A DNA stretch of 64,000 nucleotides, from contig NW_026782173.1 of the NCBI RefSeq assembly GCF_031769215.1, positions 2,728,001-2,792,000 on the forward strand, read 5' to 3'. Origin of the DNA: Ylistrum balloti. Lineage: Eukaryota. Shown piece by piece: positions 12,923 through 26,280 of the stretch; the stretch's first letter is position 1; every line of letters begins with the position of its first letter. The notes under the pieces are model-generated. The model did not search any database. It was not told the DNA's origin and saw nothing but the letters and a program-made list of their open reading frames with translations. The position numbers and the translations under genes are program-made.

Positions 12923-15900
12923 CTGTAACTAATTATATTTGGTTCTTCACTGGATGAAAATTTTTATTGGAGATATAAATCATACTAGCATACCTTTTCA
13001 TATCAACGTAAGACTGATACTTGAAAACAAATATCTAACATATATGCCTTTACTTACTTTTCAATTACGTTTGTATGTTTTGACACAATAAACAAATGGT
13101 TTTAAGTTCCTATTTTTTATGAATCAAGCACATATATGCATATATTTATAAGTATCATAGCATTCCTTGATAAAATTATACATGAACATGTCTAAAGTGT
13201 GCGGGTGTCCACGGCACAGATGCCTACCTCCCCATGTCGAACACCAAACCGCAGCCACTTCCTGGTCTTCTCTGGTAGGCAAGGGAAGAATACATCAAAG
13301 AAGGGGCAGATGAGTCGTGGGTCAAGCTCCTCAGTCTTGGTGGCGCCTGTACAAATAAACCTCATTTTAAATACAAGATCAGGGTAATAACATGACTGAT
13401 TGATGTCAACACCTAGACAGTCTACCAGCCAAGTTTTCTTTGAAAATACTCATTGCATTTTTCTACTAACGTACTTCCCTACCTCAGAAACTCTAGAATC
13501 AGACACAGAGGTCAGAATGATGAGACTCAACTTTTGTTATTGTTAGATATTCTTGAGACTTGGGTTATACTAATGTCAGCCATCAGACATTCTCCAACAT
13601 AAATGTTGTGATAGAATTTGACATAGCATACAACCATCAGTCACATGATACCAGTACCAGGCAGAAAATACCATACTCAAATAATGCTCGTCCCACAGCA
13701 TTTTAATGAATCATACTAAGCATACAAAGGCTCTATATATAACACTTCGGTATTTTAAACGCACGAGGAATCTTTTATTCCGAAGCCTCGAGAGAAGTTT
13801 CTACAAAAAGCTCCTCATGCCGGTGTTTGTTTGCCTAAGAATACCCTATTGGTGTGAGCACACATCGAGGGTGAACTGTTCAGAACCGTTCCCTACTTAG
13901 GAAAATATATCGGTGACCAACATGTTGTAAAATACGAAAGTCGGATTAGCCATAATCTGTTCTGAGATAACAGATAGGGAGTGTGTGTGTTTGACACGAA
14001 ACACACTTTACCAGTCAGTGTTTATGAAGTGCGACTAACCTGTGCAAAAGCTGACAAGCAGACCAACTATAACTGTGATCAAAGCAGCCAGTGGCGAATA
14101 CCACATGTACGACATCCGGTAAAGAAAGAAAGGTTCTTCCCTGAAACAGAAAGAACTTGTATGTTATTCCTACATCATCGCCTTAACAACGTTGATTACC
14201 ATTCACGAAACTGCTTTTAAACAGAACTAGATTTTGTATGAAAATTATCTACAACATATCTCATCAACTATGATGGAGGTTAACATCAGTCACACCTCAA
14301 AAGTATCACCTACAACTCGTTTACCATCATGCAGACCAGAGAAAATGCCATGTCCTTATTGACAACACAGGTTATATGTTGACGATAGCGTAGGTTTGAA
14401 AACAAAAAAAAACGCTTGTTATGAAATTTGCATGTGAAGAAAAGATTTGCATGGTCCCTGTTAGTTCGTTACATCAAGATACTACAAGAATATTTAGAAC
14501 TGGCTTCACTGTTTCTTATACAGAAATAGTTTGCATTTCCTTTGCTCAATTTACCGTTTTATCATGTTATTAGCACTGTATAGTTGTCAGAATGGTTTCC
14601 CTCGCCATCTAATCTTTATGTCATTCATATATGATATGAATAACAACGAGGGTGATTGGCCTGATGACTTGCCTCAGCATAATTCATGGGAATCTCGTGT
14701 AATATCAATTTAAAGCGTTTGGAGTTAAATTCATGACCACAATTACATCATTCCAAAATGTTGTTAACGACCAAAATGATTTTATGTTTCAATACTTTCG
14801 GAATATATATTAAAATACTAACTCGGTTGTCTGACTGGCCGTTGTTGTTGCTAAAGTAGTTGCTAGTGTAGCTGCTGCTGTTGTTAGTGTGGAGGTGACA
14901 TTCGGGTGGCAACCGGAAGTTGTCACAGGTGATAGCGGGGTAACGACTACCTTATTAAATCTAGTACCTAATCCAATAAACATTAGCACGCCAAGAGCGA
15001 AAATATGACCAACAAGCCCTCCCCATTTGTTGGCCCAAGGAAATAACATCCCGAGAGTAAACAGGCCTAACAGTGGCCCTCCAAGGATTCCAAACATGAT
15101 GTAAGCAACCTGAAGAATGGCCCCAAGTTTGGACACGACGAAGGCGAGGCCAATACAGCAGAAACCTGCTATCACAATGGTCACCTTTGAGAAGATTGTG
15201 GAACCACGACCGGAAATAGGATGTGAATAGAATGGTCTAACGAAGTCCTCCAGAAGTACAGCGGCTACGGCATTGAGTCCCGAGGAGATGGTACTGAGGC
15301 TGCCACTGAACACACATGACAAAACAAGACCAGGCAGTCCGTGGTAGGGCCCTAACAAGTCCATAGCGAACAAAGGTATTAACTGGTCCGAGCTTTTTAT
15401 GACACCTAAGGTTACTGGATCGCAGCGCTCGTAATATGCAAACATAACCACTCCCACCAGGCAAACCACGGTTAAAATAATCGCCATACCAGGAAGGTTC
15501 AACCAGATAGCCCTATAACAAAGTAAAACATAGCTCATCATCAACGTTAGAGAATCTCAATGATAATTCTAGAATTACTGATACTGTGTCCTGACCATGA
15601 TGCTTAACGTATTACACCTACCATGAATACGTACCTACAGACACCGTACCTTTACTATGTCCGTACTGACACCGTACCTCTACCATATATACGTACCTAC
15701 AGTCACCGTACCTTTACTATGTCCGTACTGACACCGTACCTTTACAATGTCCGTACTGACACCGTACCTCTACTATGTCCGTACTGACACCGTACCTCTA
15801 CTATGCCCGTACTGACACCGAACCTCTACTATGCGCGTACTGACACCGTACCTTTACTATGTCCGTACTGACATTGTAACTTTACAATGTCCGTACTGAC

Positions 15901-18900
15901 ACCGTACCTTTACCATATATACGTACCTTCAGACACAATACCTTTACTATGTCCGTACTGACATCATACCTTTCCTATGTCCGTACCGACACCGTACCTT
16001 TACAATGTCCGTACTGACACCGTACCTTTACCATATATACGTACCTTCAGACACCATACCTTTACTATGTCCGTACTGACATCATACCTTTACCATATAT
16101 ACGTACCTACTGACACCATACCTTTACTATGTTCGAACTGACATCGTACCTTTACCATATATACGTACCTTCAGACACAATACCTTTACTATGTTCGTAC
16201 TGACATCATACCTTTCCTATGTCCGTACTGACACCGTACCTTTACTATGTCCGTACTGACATCGTACCTTTACCATATATATGTACCTACTGACACCGTA
16301 ACTTTACAATGTCCGTACTGACATCGTTCCTTTACCATATATACGTACCTACTGACACCGTAACTTTACAATGTCCGTACTGACACCGTACCTTTACTAT
16401 GTCCGTACTGACATCGTACCTTTACTATGTCCGTACTGACATCGTACTTTTACTATGTCCGTACTGACACCGTACCTTTACAGTGTCCGTACTGACACCG
16501 TACCTTTACTATGTTCGCACTGACATCGTACCTTTACTATGCCCGTACTGACATCGTACCTTTACCATATATACGTACCTTCAAACACCGTACCTTTACT
16601 ATGTCCGTACTGACATCGTACCTTTACTATGTCCGTACTGACATCGTACTTTTACTATGTCCGTACTGACACCGTACCTTTACAATGTCCGTACTGACAC
16701 CGTACCTTTACTATGTTCGCACTGACATCGTACCTTTACTATGCCCGTACTGACATCGTACCTTTACCATATATACGTACCTTCAAACACCGTACCTTTA
16801 CTATGTCCGCACTGACATCGTACCTTTACTATGTCCGGACTTTCATTTACCATGTAACTATTGAAGCTTTATCCCGACCATATTCCTATCGGCAATGTTA
16901 CCTCGCCATGTACCTATTGAAATTATACACTTATCATGTACCTTCTGACCCGGTATCTGTTCCTGGTACACGATATTCCTACTGACAATATACCCTTGGT
17001 ATGTAAATATTGATAGTTTATCTCGACCATGTTCCTATCTACTGACAATAATCCGATGTCAGGTACAACATACCGACAATGTTTCTTTTCTTTGTACATA
17101 CTTAATGCTTCATGAATTTATCACAATACTCACATGTACATACAAAAGTATATGGTAATACTTACTTACGTGAGTTCCTGATAGATGATACTGATACCGC
17201 CCGCTGTACTTGAGCTTGGTTAATACCATATATAGCTCCCCAAAAAATGCCTCCACCAATCACAACACTCCATACCGTGTGTCGTGTAGATGGATCAGGG
17301 TCAAACCTTATCAGAAAGTAGGTCAAATAAAAACATAAAGTAGGTCAATATCAACAATTCAGACCTGAAAGATATTGTATTTGTTACCTAGAGATAAAAA
17401 TAACATGAAATTTCACTTGGATTTCAAGAGTAAGTTCAGAATACTTATTCATTGTCAAGTATATATTGCACAAACAAATGCGGAAAGGTAACTTCTATCC
17501 TGAAGCTTGCTGGTTTTTTTCTTCCTGTTTGCAACATACATGATGTTAAGGGTATATTATTACACAAACAAAAGTATATCTTGTCCACAAATATCAGTTT
17601 TGAGCTATCATTTCCTTTTCATTATATTCATGTTTTTTAGATATAAACTGTAACTTACTCCAACAGAAGAGTGCGGCCGTTACGTTCGGCTATTTGCCAT
17701 GCTTTGTCCAGACCTCCCAGCTTCAAAGAACCAGCCACCAAAAGTGTTATCATTCCCGCAAACATGATGAGCATTTGTAGAGAGTCGGACCACACCACCG
17801 CCTTCATACCTCCCTGTGTTATAGTGTATAGCAACAAGTCTTAATATAAGACAATCCAAATTTTCTAGAACATTTTCTTCTTGGTTGATAATGTGAATAT
17901 AATAAACCATCTTATAACACAACAAGTAGAACATTTGATTTTGACGTTTCGAAAACTACACGGTCACCATCGTCAGACAAATGACTAGATAATATGAAGC
18001 GTACTAGCAATGACGTACATAGTGTACGAGATGGCTAGGAATCATTGAAAAAAATATGTATTCTTTCTTTTGTCTGATAATAAAATAGGATTGCTGTAAG
18101 AGGGATTCTAAAATGTTTACTTTTCATTTTTTTGTCATGCATGATTATGAGAAAAAGTGCCGCTAGGTTTCTTATATTTAGTGTTCAAAATATGTATTTA
18201 TTATCTACGGAAGATCTAGGGGGTTATGGTCAAAACCACACATAGAGAGTCCACTTTCTGTTTTGAACTCAATTACGATTTGTGGTATATCATGTTAGCA
18301 TAGGAATAAAGTTGATATGAATAATTCTTGCTATCGACATATCAGTACTTTCTTTGCTTTTTTACGTGTTCACATACTAATGTGGCATGAGAAACGATTT
18401 GACGTGGTTACATACCAGTGTGGTGTAGAAGATGGTGACCAGTCCTACAGCGAACACTGATCCCCACAAAGACATACCAGTAACTATAAAAAAAACATAT
18501 AACTATACAAACGGTATTTGAGCTTTAACAAACGCGTATCAAATGCCTGGAGAGATGTCACAACGACCAGTGTAATTACAGACAGGATTACGTCACTTAC
18601 CTGCATTGAGAGCGAGAGAGGGTCCATATAACACTACAGCCATATACAACATCTGAAAACGAGAGTGAATGAAATAAGGAAAGAGTTTTAGATGGGTTAA
18701 GTTGTAAATGTAAACTGTATATGATTATTACATATTAAGATACAATTTATTATATAACATGTAATCTATTAGATAATACGTTTCTGATATAAATAGTACT
18801 AGTTTTAGACCGTGCAACGAATGGCCATATTTCCCACTTGATGATAAAAAATGTTGCATTATCCAGCATAAGGATATAAATATAAATTTAAATTGATTTT

Positions 18901-21900
18901 TTTAAGTATTCTAATATATTTGCGAAACAAGTTATTCCAGTATGATTGACTCATCAGTTTGATAATATAAATCCCTTAGCAAGGACATGTCATATGCAAG
19001 TAACATTTGCTTGCAAAATCTATAATTTATACAGAAAATTCGTTATTTATTTATCAATTCCTAAATCGTAATACCATAGACCTTACTACATTCCACGACT
19101 TTGAAGGAAATCATGATATAAATTGTATGCATCGCTCTCGGATGCCAGAAAGTTTAAATTGATGATCTACAATGGTTTCAGTTTTTAAAAGTCCATTAAT
19201 TATTTTGTGGCATCTACCGATACAAATCGTGTGAAGAATTGTCATAATTTGTTCTGTCGGGATTGTAATGAGGCGTTAGTTCCTTCTATCAATATACCGA
19301 TCAAACTTACCATGTCAGCCATTATACTTTACAAATAATTATTTAGTCTTACAAGAACATATCATTTATTCTATTTAGTACTCTTTAATTCAAATTAAGT
19401 GAGTTTAAACGCCAAGTGAAGCAACTGGAACTTCAATATTTCTATTTTCCATTTTTGTTAGAATAAAGCTAATTGAACATTACAGTGAATTAGTTTAAAC
19501 TGTTACACTCTCGCTTGCTTAAAAAATCCCCAATAAACTGAATTTCTTAGACGTTTAATCAAAGCAATGCATTTCATTTATATTCATTTGTACTTGGAAG
19601 ACGAGGACTAAGTTCATGGAAACCTGATTACTTCGCATTTGTACAAAACACTTAACACGAAGAATAATATACAATTTATTAAAGACATTTCGCTGCCTCG
19701 GTATATCAAGATGACGTTCAATACCCTTGATAACAGTAAGACGACTGTGTCGTTGTGATTTTGTCAGTGTATATGGAAATAACCAATCTAAAGATAGACA
19801 CATTAAGTTAATGAAGCTGTTAAACATGATATTACCAATGTAAAATATCGGTTTTTCAAAATGTGTAACACCGAAATATGATTTTCACCATCTACACGAG
19901 GTTCTTGTGTATATTGAACATAAACTACTTATCATATGAATTATTATTGTTTTCATCAGGCAGACACTGTGTTAGATTTTAAAAGTCATCAAAGGCGATG
20001 ATTCGCTTAAGAATGCTGAATACGTAGAGTCCCCCTAGACAAGATACAAGGTACATGTAATGACAGTTCCCTGAGTACTAATTGTCGGGTAATAACACAC
20101 TGCATTATTCTGCAGATGCACACTTACTCCTAAAACTATGTTGATTTATGGCAATTATAGCGGATATAAGTGACATTACATGGTACTCACCATCCATAAG
20201 AGGTATATGATACTGGCTGAGAATCTGTTAACCTTTCCAAATCTCAGCTCTACATACTGAAATAAACACAGAAAAAAAGGTATGGTGACCGGAACGCCCG
20301 CGATCGAAAGATTTGCCCTTTTACCATTTTATTTCGTGTCATATTTCAACATTTTTATGTTCATATCTATTTTTCCATTATTCTCATCTGCAGCGACAAA
20401 ATGAACACCACCATAAGAATGATGAAATATAACACGAAAATATAACTAGTAAGTAATCATGAAAGCAGAACCACTATACTATCCTTGATAGATGCAAAAG
20501 GGTATTTAAACAAATATTAGTAATAAATAGAAGTTTTATCATTATATACATGTTCTGCATCTAATCTTGTTGCATGTCACCTTTTAATTTATTCGAATAA
20601 TGGGACGGTTAAGAAAATATATATCAAAATTCTGTATTGATTAAGGGGCCAGTGCCCACCCCTTTCTAGATTTTGGCATTTCTTTCGGTTGATTGTGGTT
20701 TTCCTCAGTCGCCTTCTTGGTTCGAAAATGAGGCCCTTATCACTGATAAGCCCGACAAGGACGAATTAGTTGTGTTATACAGCTTATCAATTATCTGACA
20801 CGACACCATCTAATTTTGTTTCCAGTATATAATCTTTAAGGATATACGCTTATAAGTGTAATGGTCTCACAGGCACATGAGGTAGGTAGGTCGGTAGGTA
20901 GGTAGGTAGATACGTAGAAAGGTAGAAAGGGATAGACAAGCAGGTCTGTAGGTAGGTACACATGTAGGAGGGTGTGTGAATGGATTGGTGGGTAGGTAGG
21001 TAGGTAGGTAGGTAGGTGGGTGGTGAGTGGATGGGTAGTGAGGTATATATATACTTTTACATGGAAAAAGAAACGATGGAATGATTTTTTTTTTTTTTTT
21101 TTTTTAATCTTTTTGATTTTTTTTAATAATACAAAGGTGCATTTTTAAAAATAAGTATCCCAAACTTTATCCCAGGTCATTCTACAGTGATCAGTTGATC
21201 GTTTTTTTGCATGATATTTCCTCTGCAATTCACAAGAAAGAACATGTCTGTGTTTTGTGATCTTTCCATGTCGTCCTGCTGTCATGTTTATCAAGTAAGC
21301 TGACTAGCCGTCAGCAATCTGTCATGGTCATGTTATTTATTCACTGGTGTGCCGCAAGGATCAGTCCGAGGCCCCCTTTTGTTTTCATTTTATATTAATG
21401 ACCTTGTCGACCCTATGGAAACTGTTTCTAGACGATTTACGGACCTTTTCTTTAAACGTTATAGAACAAAATTTAAACCATAACATTCAACGTTTACAAG
21501 ATTCGTCCGATCAGTTGCTGATGCAGAACTTCTCTTCACTTCCTGACGTCTTAATACTAAACCAAATCTTACCTGCAATAACGAACCACTTACTGTCACT
21601 AAACTTACGATCTTGGTGTCTGTCTCAGAAGCAATTGTAATTGATATGACCACGTTATGAGTGTTATCAAATCAGCTTCATATTAATTTACTGCTGAAAA
21701 CAACTGAACTATAGAGTTAGCAATGAAACTCTTAATACTATGTACACGTCTTTTAGTAGACCAACGTATGAATATGCCTCCTGTATGAGAGATGTTCGCT
21801 CTGACCAAATATCAAACCAAACACCGTAGAAGATGATAAAAGAATCGTTTTGTGAAACAGCAAATTAGCATCTGAACTGGTTCAAATCACGTCACTACAC

Positions 21901-23969
21901 TGTATGCAGCATAAATCAAATTCAGAAAGCGCGAGTTATTACAGGTTAATCATGAATTTGATATCGAGCAGACATGCAACAAATACTTCTATCCACAGCA
22001 AAGGTTATAAACACATTATGAATTCAATGCAAGGGTAATGACTTCGATTAACATAGTTGGTTGACTAAACTCGGCTGTCAGAAAAAATTGTAATCCGGAA
22101 AACTATGACTTGTTGAAGATTATCGAGTTTTACACAACTTTGGTAACAAGCTAAAATTCTACATGAAAGTGTGTGATAACGTTTGGGTAACAACAACTAT
22201 ACATATCTCATTTGGTCGCACAAAACATATATAACCCTTAAATGTAGGCACGCAATACCAACCATTAATCGGCCACATGATTGTATAGAAAGTATGGTTG
22301 TGGTAGATAGCTATCTATTTCTTATATAATTCTTAAAAAGTTGACGGTATGAAAATTTCTTGTAATCATCTAAACCTTACAAGGATTCGCCGTTTTTTGG
22401 TCTTTTCAAATACATTCAATAACTTCCCCAACTTTTTTGTTGTTATCAATCTTGTTAAAGTGACTATACTTACTTGTATTGACCAATATTTAACTGTTGG
22501 TTGTCGTTGATACACCAAAAGATGCTTAACCTTCCCTAAACACCCGGCCACAATCTCCCTGTACATTTTCAAGGGCCACCAGCTAATATTATTTTATTCA
22601 GATTTTGTCTCATGAACTTTTAATTTGGGTTGTGATTTTGTTCACTTGTCGGTAGTGATGTGCTATATTTTCAGTCTAATGTATACATTAACAAGTTATC
22701 AATGTGAAACTAAACATGCTGTACATACCAGAACAAGACTAATACACAGGTTCTCATGAAAACCTATATCCGAAAGGGATACATTTCTGTTGTCTAAACA
22801 AATCACTATTGTTAAGTGTTATGATGTTTTAATGGTCAAGCTAACAGTAAATGCGAAAAACATTTTCTCTTCTTTTTAGTATAGCGCTGTGACCAGAACT
22901 GTCAATAATATTTAATGATAAGTGTTTTTCCCTCGGAAATCTTGTCGAAATATTTGCCGGTGGTGAAATTACAGCGCAGATTTCGAGACCATTAGCTTTC
23001 AGGACAATAATAATATACAACCCCTTTAAACCACTTTATCAAATATGCATTAAATACATCGCGAAGTATTGATTATTTTGATGCTGTATATTGTAAGCTG
23101 TAACCTACCTTAAAAGTCTTGTTCACATTGTTTCTGTTAGGTAATGAAATTAAATTAAAATCAACTGAATTTATTTTACATCGATTTTTTTCTAACTTAA
23201 TAAAATCATTCTTGTTGGGCCGGATGGAAGCGCACATATGGTCTTATTGGGAAGAAAACCGGTAAACCCGGGGGAGCACCCACGAAACCCAAGTGATCCC
23301 TATGCCTTTTCACGTCCTGTCTCGCAATCGTACTCCTGACGCTTAGATGAAATGCGAGCATGTTTACACTGCGCCTCTCGACCTCCCAATGATGGATTTT
23401 AAAGTATTACTGTCATTGATGTTGTTTAGTGACGAATGTTGATGCCATCGACGTTGTGATGTGATACTGACCTGACGCGACATTGGCTATGTTGTTGACT
23501 TATACTGATTTTTAAGTTGTTGATAAAATTGATGTTTTGAATTTATGTGAATATTGAAAAAAAATTATTGAAATTGATTTTGTGTCATGACACTCACCTT
23601 GAAGATGCTGGTGACTTTAAGGTTGTAAAAAACGGGGATGAAGATGTAACCTGACCCTAAGGCAGCGATGATGAAGCCGACCGATATCCACCAGTACATT
23701 GTGTTGTAGCGGTAGACTTCGGCGGGAGTTCCAAGAAGCGTGATTGCAGAGATGAAGCTTGACAAGAGAGACAAAGACACAGGTAGGTAATGCATCTTCC
23801 GTCCTGCCAATAAAAAGTCATCAGCGTCATCACTTCTTCGATCTCGAATGGCGTAATACAATCCAATGGCGGCGGACGCAAGGAGCGTTGCCCCGAATAC
23901 AACATAGTCGATTACATTAAAGGAGACATTGTTGTTTGCTTCGAAGTTGTACAGGTAAGTACGCTCCAT
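12698..23969 (-). CDS. SLC5A8-like: SLC5 sodium:solute symporter, SMCT/SMVT/NIS subfamily (sodium-coupled monocarboxylate transporter-like); 10 coding exons, 1989 nt, 662 aa
   Basis: Exons 23969-23598, 20256-20191, 18652-18601, 18483-18416, 17813-17659, 17306-17166, 15512-14823, 14140-14040, 13346-13228 and 12922-12698 join at GT-AG sites with matching phases and no stops. SSF motifs: LLGTPAEVYRY, YTTLGGMKAVVWSD, YGINQAQVQR, FSGSLSTISSGLNAVAAV, GGPLLGLFTLGM, SYMWYS. The exact ortholog (SLC5A5/6/8/12) is not resolvable by eye. Confidence 0.95.
13228..13346 (-). CDS. SLC5 gene coding exon 9 (GATKTEELDPRLICPFFD...RHGE)
   Basis: ttgtacag|...GAG|GTAGGC, 119 nt, LDPxLIxP motif. Confidence 0.9.
14040..14140 (-). 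CDS. SLC5 gene coding exon 8 (EEPFFLYRMSYMWYSPLAALITVIVGLLVSFCT)
   Basis: tgtttcag|...G|GTTAGT, 101 nt, last TM helix. Confidence 0.92.
14823..15512 (-). CDS. SLC5 gene coding exon 7 (AIWLNLPG...SQTT)
   Basis: tgttatag|...GA|GTTAGT, 690 nt; core of ORF 14810-15544. Confidence 0.93.
15626..16845. repeat. Compound minisatellite of 28-bp and 34-bp units in SLC5 intron 6
   Basis: A = ACTATGTCCGTACTGACACCGTACCTTT; B = ACCATATATACGTACCTTCA(G/A)ACACCGTACCTTT. Confidence 0.97.
17166..17306 (-). CDS. SLC5 gene coding exon 6 (FDPDPSTRHTVWS...NQAQVQRAVSVSSIRNSRK)
   Basis: gataag|...AA|GTAAGT, 141 nt; only the second of two overlapping donors keeps frame. Confidence 0.9.
17659..17813 (-). CDS. SLC5 gene coding exon 5 (GGMKAVVWSD...RTLLL)
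   Basis: cacag|...|GTAAGT, 155 nt; overlaps ORF 17655-17837. Confidence 0.93.
18416..18483 (-). CDS. SLC5 gene coding exon 4 (VTGMSLWGSVFAVGLVTIFYTTL)
   Basis: tttatag|...|GTATGT, 68 nt, phase matches exon 3. Confidence 0.93.
18601..18652 (-). CDS. SLC5 gene coding exon 3 (MLYMAVVLYGPSLALNA)
   Basis: ttttcag|...|GTAAGT, 52 nt. Confidence 0.93.
20191..20256 (-). CDS. SLC5 gene coding exon 2 (YVELRFGKVNRFSASIIYLLWM)
   Basis: tttcag|...|GTGAGT, 66 nt, YxELRFG motif. Confidence 0.93.
20881..21020. repeat. (GTAG)n/(GGTA)n microsatellite
   Basis: Direct reading. Confidence 0.9.
21270..21640 (+). mobile_element. Degenerate non-LTR retrotransposon RT fragment
   Basis: Reads ...KLTSRQQSV... then TGVPQGSVRGPLLFSFYINDL (RT GVPQG motif), disrupted downstream. 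Confidence 0.75.
23225..23395 (-). mobile_element. Degenerate tRNA-derived SINE
   Basis: Plus strand ggaagaaaaccggtaaacccgggggagcacccac...aatcgtactcc...cactgcgcc resembles the reverse complement of mollusc SINEs; decayed A/B-box-like head at right. Confidence 0.5.
23598..23969 (-). CDS. SLC5 gene coding exon 1 (MERTYLYNF...VTSIFK)
   Basis: ATG at 23969; strong acceptor tccatttctcctccag just upstream (exon start about 23986) implies a non-coding 5' exon; donor AAG|GTGAGT. Confidence 0.93.
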
Positions 23970-25322
23970 TTTGTGCTGACAGAACGCTGGAGGAGAAATG
24001 GACACACTGACAATTGTTACTGGAGATAGTTACCATACAGCGGTTACACTCCAATGAGCACCTACTAAGTGTGTCCTTGGGCGAAGTTGTATTTATCGCT
24101 GCTTGAACTGGAGATAACTGCAGAAGATTATGTTACTTAAAGGACATTCACCTGGTAAAACGGTGTGTGGTTACGCCGAACTGTAAATACTAGACTCTCA
24201 TGCATGATTAAGCTTTATAAAAGACGATGACTAGCCTTGACCTCAATTACCAGAAGTGTTTACTGAATGTAAATGTTGATGTATTAACTGAACCTTAATA
24301 CTGTCGAATGATTATGCAATATTTTCATTTATGCTAGGTCATGCCCAGTGGGCTTTCATCTACATACTGTTGTAATGTATTCCCCGTCTTTATGATCTGT
24401 ATTACGTCATGGGTAATTAAGATGTATTAGATGTGACGTAGGTTTCTTGCCGTCATCTTACTCTTATCATCTAATACACATATCGTGTATTAATTTACGT
24501 TGTACTTTTATAAAGTAGTACATGGCTAGTCGACCGCTATTTAAAGTCACAGTATCTATATCATCTGAGGCAGACCATTACATTTTCAGTATTTTGTTTA
24601 ATGGGAGGCGGAAAACTAGATTTTGTAAAAACATTTTGGCTATAAAAAACACAAGGAACAATCATTCGGATGTATCCCATCTGTGGCCTCCCTCTCACCA
24701 GAGCAAATACCTTTCCTTGGCTCATTAATAGGATGATTTACATTTTGAATAATGAGTAACTTTCACTGTGCATGTTAATTTTCCTCCTGTAAACAAGCAC
24801 AGCTTGTAAGGATTAATTGTCTACGGAAACATTTAAGAGAGAAAAAAGACCCGAAGTATCAATACAAGATTTGTAAAAAACCAACTAATTATTTAGAATG
24901 AACGGTTCATTGCAGATTGTAGTACAATACTTGTTGAAGTAAAATGAAGTGTTGGCTAAAAGACGAATTACGATAGGGGAGATCTTAATCACAGAATTTC
25001 TGTTAAAATATAAAAAATAAAAAAGTTCCCAGTAAAGTTTGTCGTTGTTTAAAATCCTGTCCTCGCGTCGTTGATATTGAGAGTAAATGATGATGTTCAT
25101 ATGTCTTTTTGTTATCAGTAAGAACTATTGAATTAACTTCTAAGACGAAAACTGTGACATGGAATCCTCAAGGGTCCAATACTAGTTCCTTCATTGATGT
25201 TTCTTGACGTAGTCTTCATCATTCGCTACTCTTTAAGTTTTGATCTTGATATATGGCTACATCTTTCGTACAAATGGCACAGAGGTGAAGTGGGAGAGGA
25301 AGACCATTTTTGTCTGAACGAA

Positions 25323-25334
25323 TGCGCATGCGCA
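25323..25334. promoter_or_regulatory. Perfect NRF1-type palindrome TGCGCATGCGCA, candidate SLC5 promoter element
   Basis: Exact consensus, 1.35 kb upstream of the SLC5 ATG; function unproven. Confidence 0.35.
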
Positions 25335-25739
25335 CGAAGTGGCAAGAACCGTGACTAGAGGAAACATGGCTTAAACAAACGTAATCTTAAACGGAGAACG
25401 GTGTGGAAATTGTACGCTTAATGAGTGTATTGGTATTAAGAGACTTGTCATGTTTAAAGATATTGTTAATGAAGAACAGAACGATTTATATTCACAATTA
25501 TCGCTTGAATGCCGACCCATGCCTATTTCCCCACTTTATAAGGGGCTAGAATTCTGATGTTCATCGACTCCAGACCGATATAAAAATTGTCGATGAAACG
25601 TCAGAATAATTCGAACTACAGTGGACGATGGCCCTTACATAAGTTGCTTCTGCTAAATATGTACTGGTCACAACATCTTTATATTTAATGAGTTAAATGG
25701 GTATGCTTCCTAACACCAACGATACCACCACACACACAA

Positions 25740-25950
25740 ATCTTCACTTTTTATCGCATGAAAATGGATACATTCCCAATTGAGATGATGGCGGTGACCA
25801 TAGAACTTTCTGATACTCTCCTTCAACCTGTATATTACGAATTTTCTGTGTTGTAAGGTTATTGGACAGGTATCGACATTATTTACCGAAATCGTGATAT
25901 TGAAGACGAGCCGATTAATATTGAATCTATTGTGGCATGTTAACACCAAA
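25740..25950 (-). mobile_element. Penelope-like (Naiad-type) RT C-terminal remnant
   Basis: RLKESIRKFYGHRHHL in ORF 25710-25949. Confidence 0.5.
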
Positions 25951-26280
25951 GGTTGGGGATGTAGGTGGAACTTAATTGAAAGCGGTCCCTAATGGATTTC
26001 TTATAAACGATTACAGTAGAAGAGACGGGGTTGTCCTTTGAAACCGTGTATACTCGACCATAGCCTATATTAGATGGATGCAAGTGTATGTTCCCAGAAA
26101 AAAAAATAAACAAACTTGTCAGATTGAAATAATCATTTAATTATACATCCGAGTAATCACACTTATTGATCTATCAATTCGTGAAATGGTAATAAATTTA
26201 TTACACATTTATTTCACGCTGTGACATCGTGTTGAATTATTAATAACATTTTCGGAATTACTCTGTTTTCTCTTTTTGCG

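Noticed and set aside
9149-16845. CRISPR-like appearance of the 22-, 34- and 28-bp arrays
   Set aside because: The units are contiguous with no unique spacers, there are no cas genes, and the context is eukaryotic and spliced.
25212-25360. Alternative terminal exon for copy 1 (SRFLPLRAHAH...)
   Set aside because: The homologous terminal exon is at 26281-26430.
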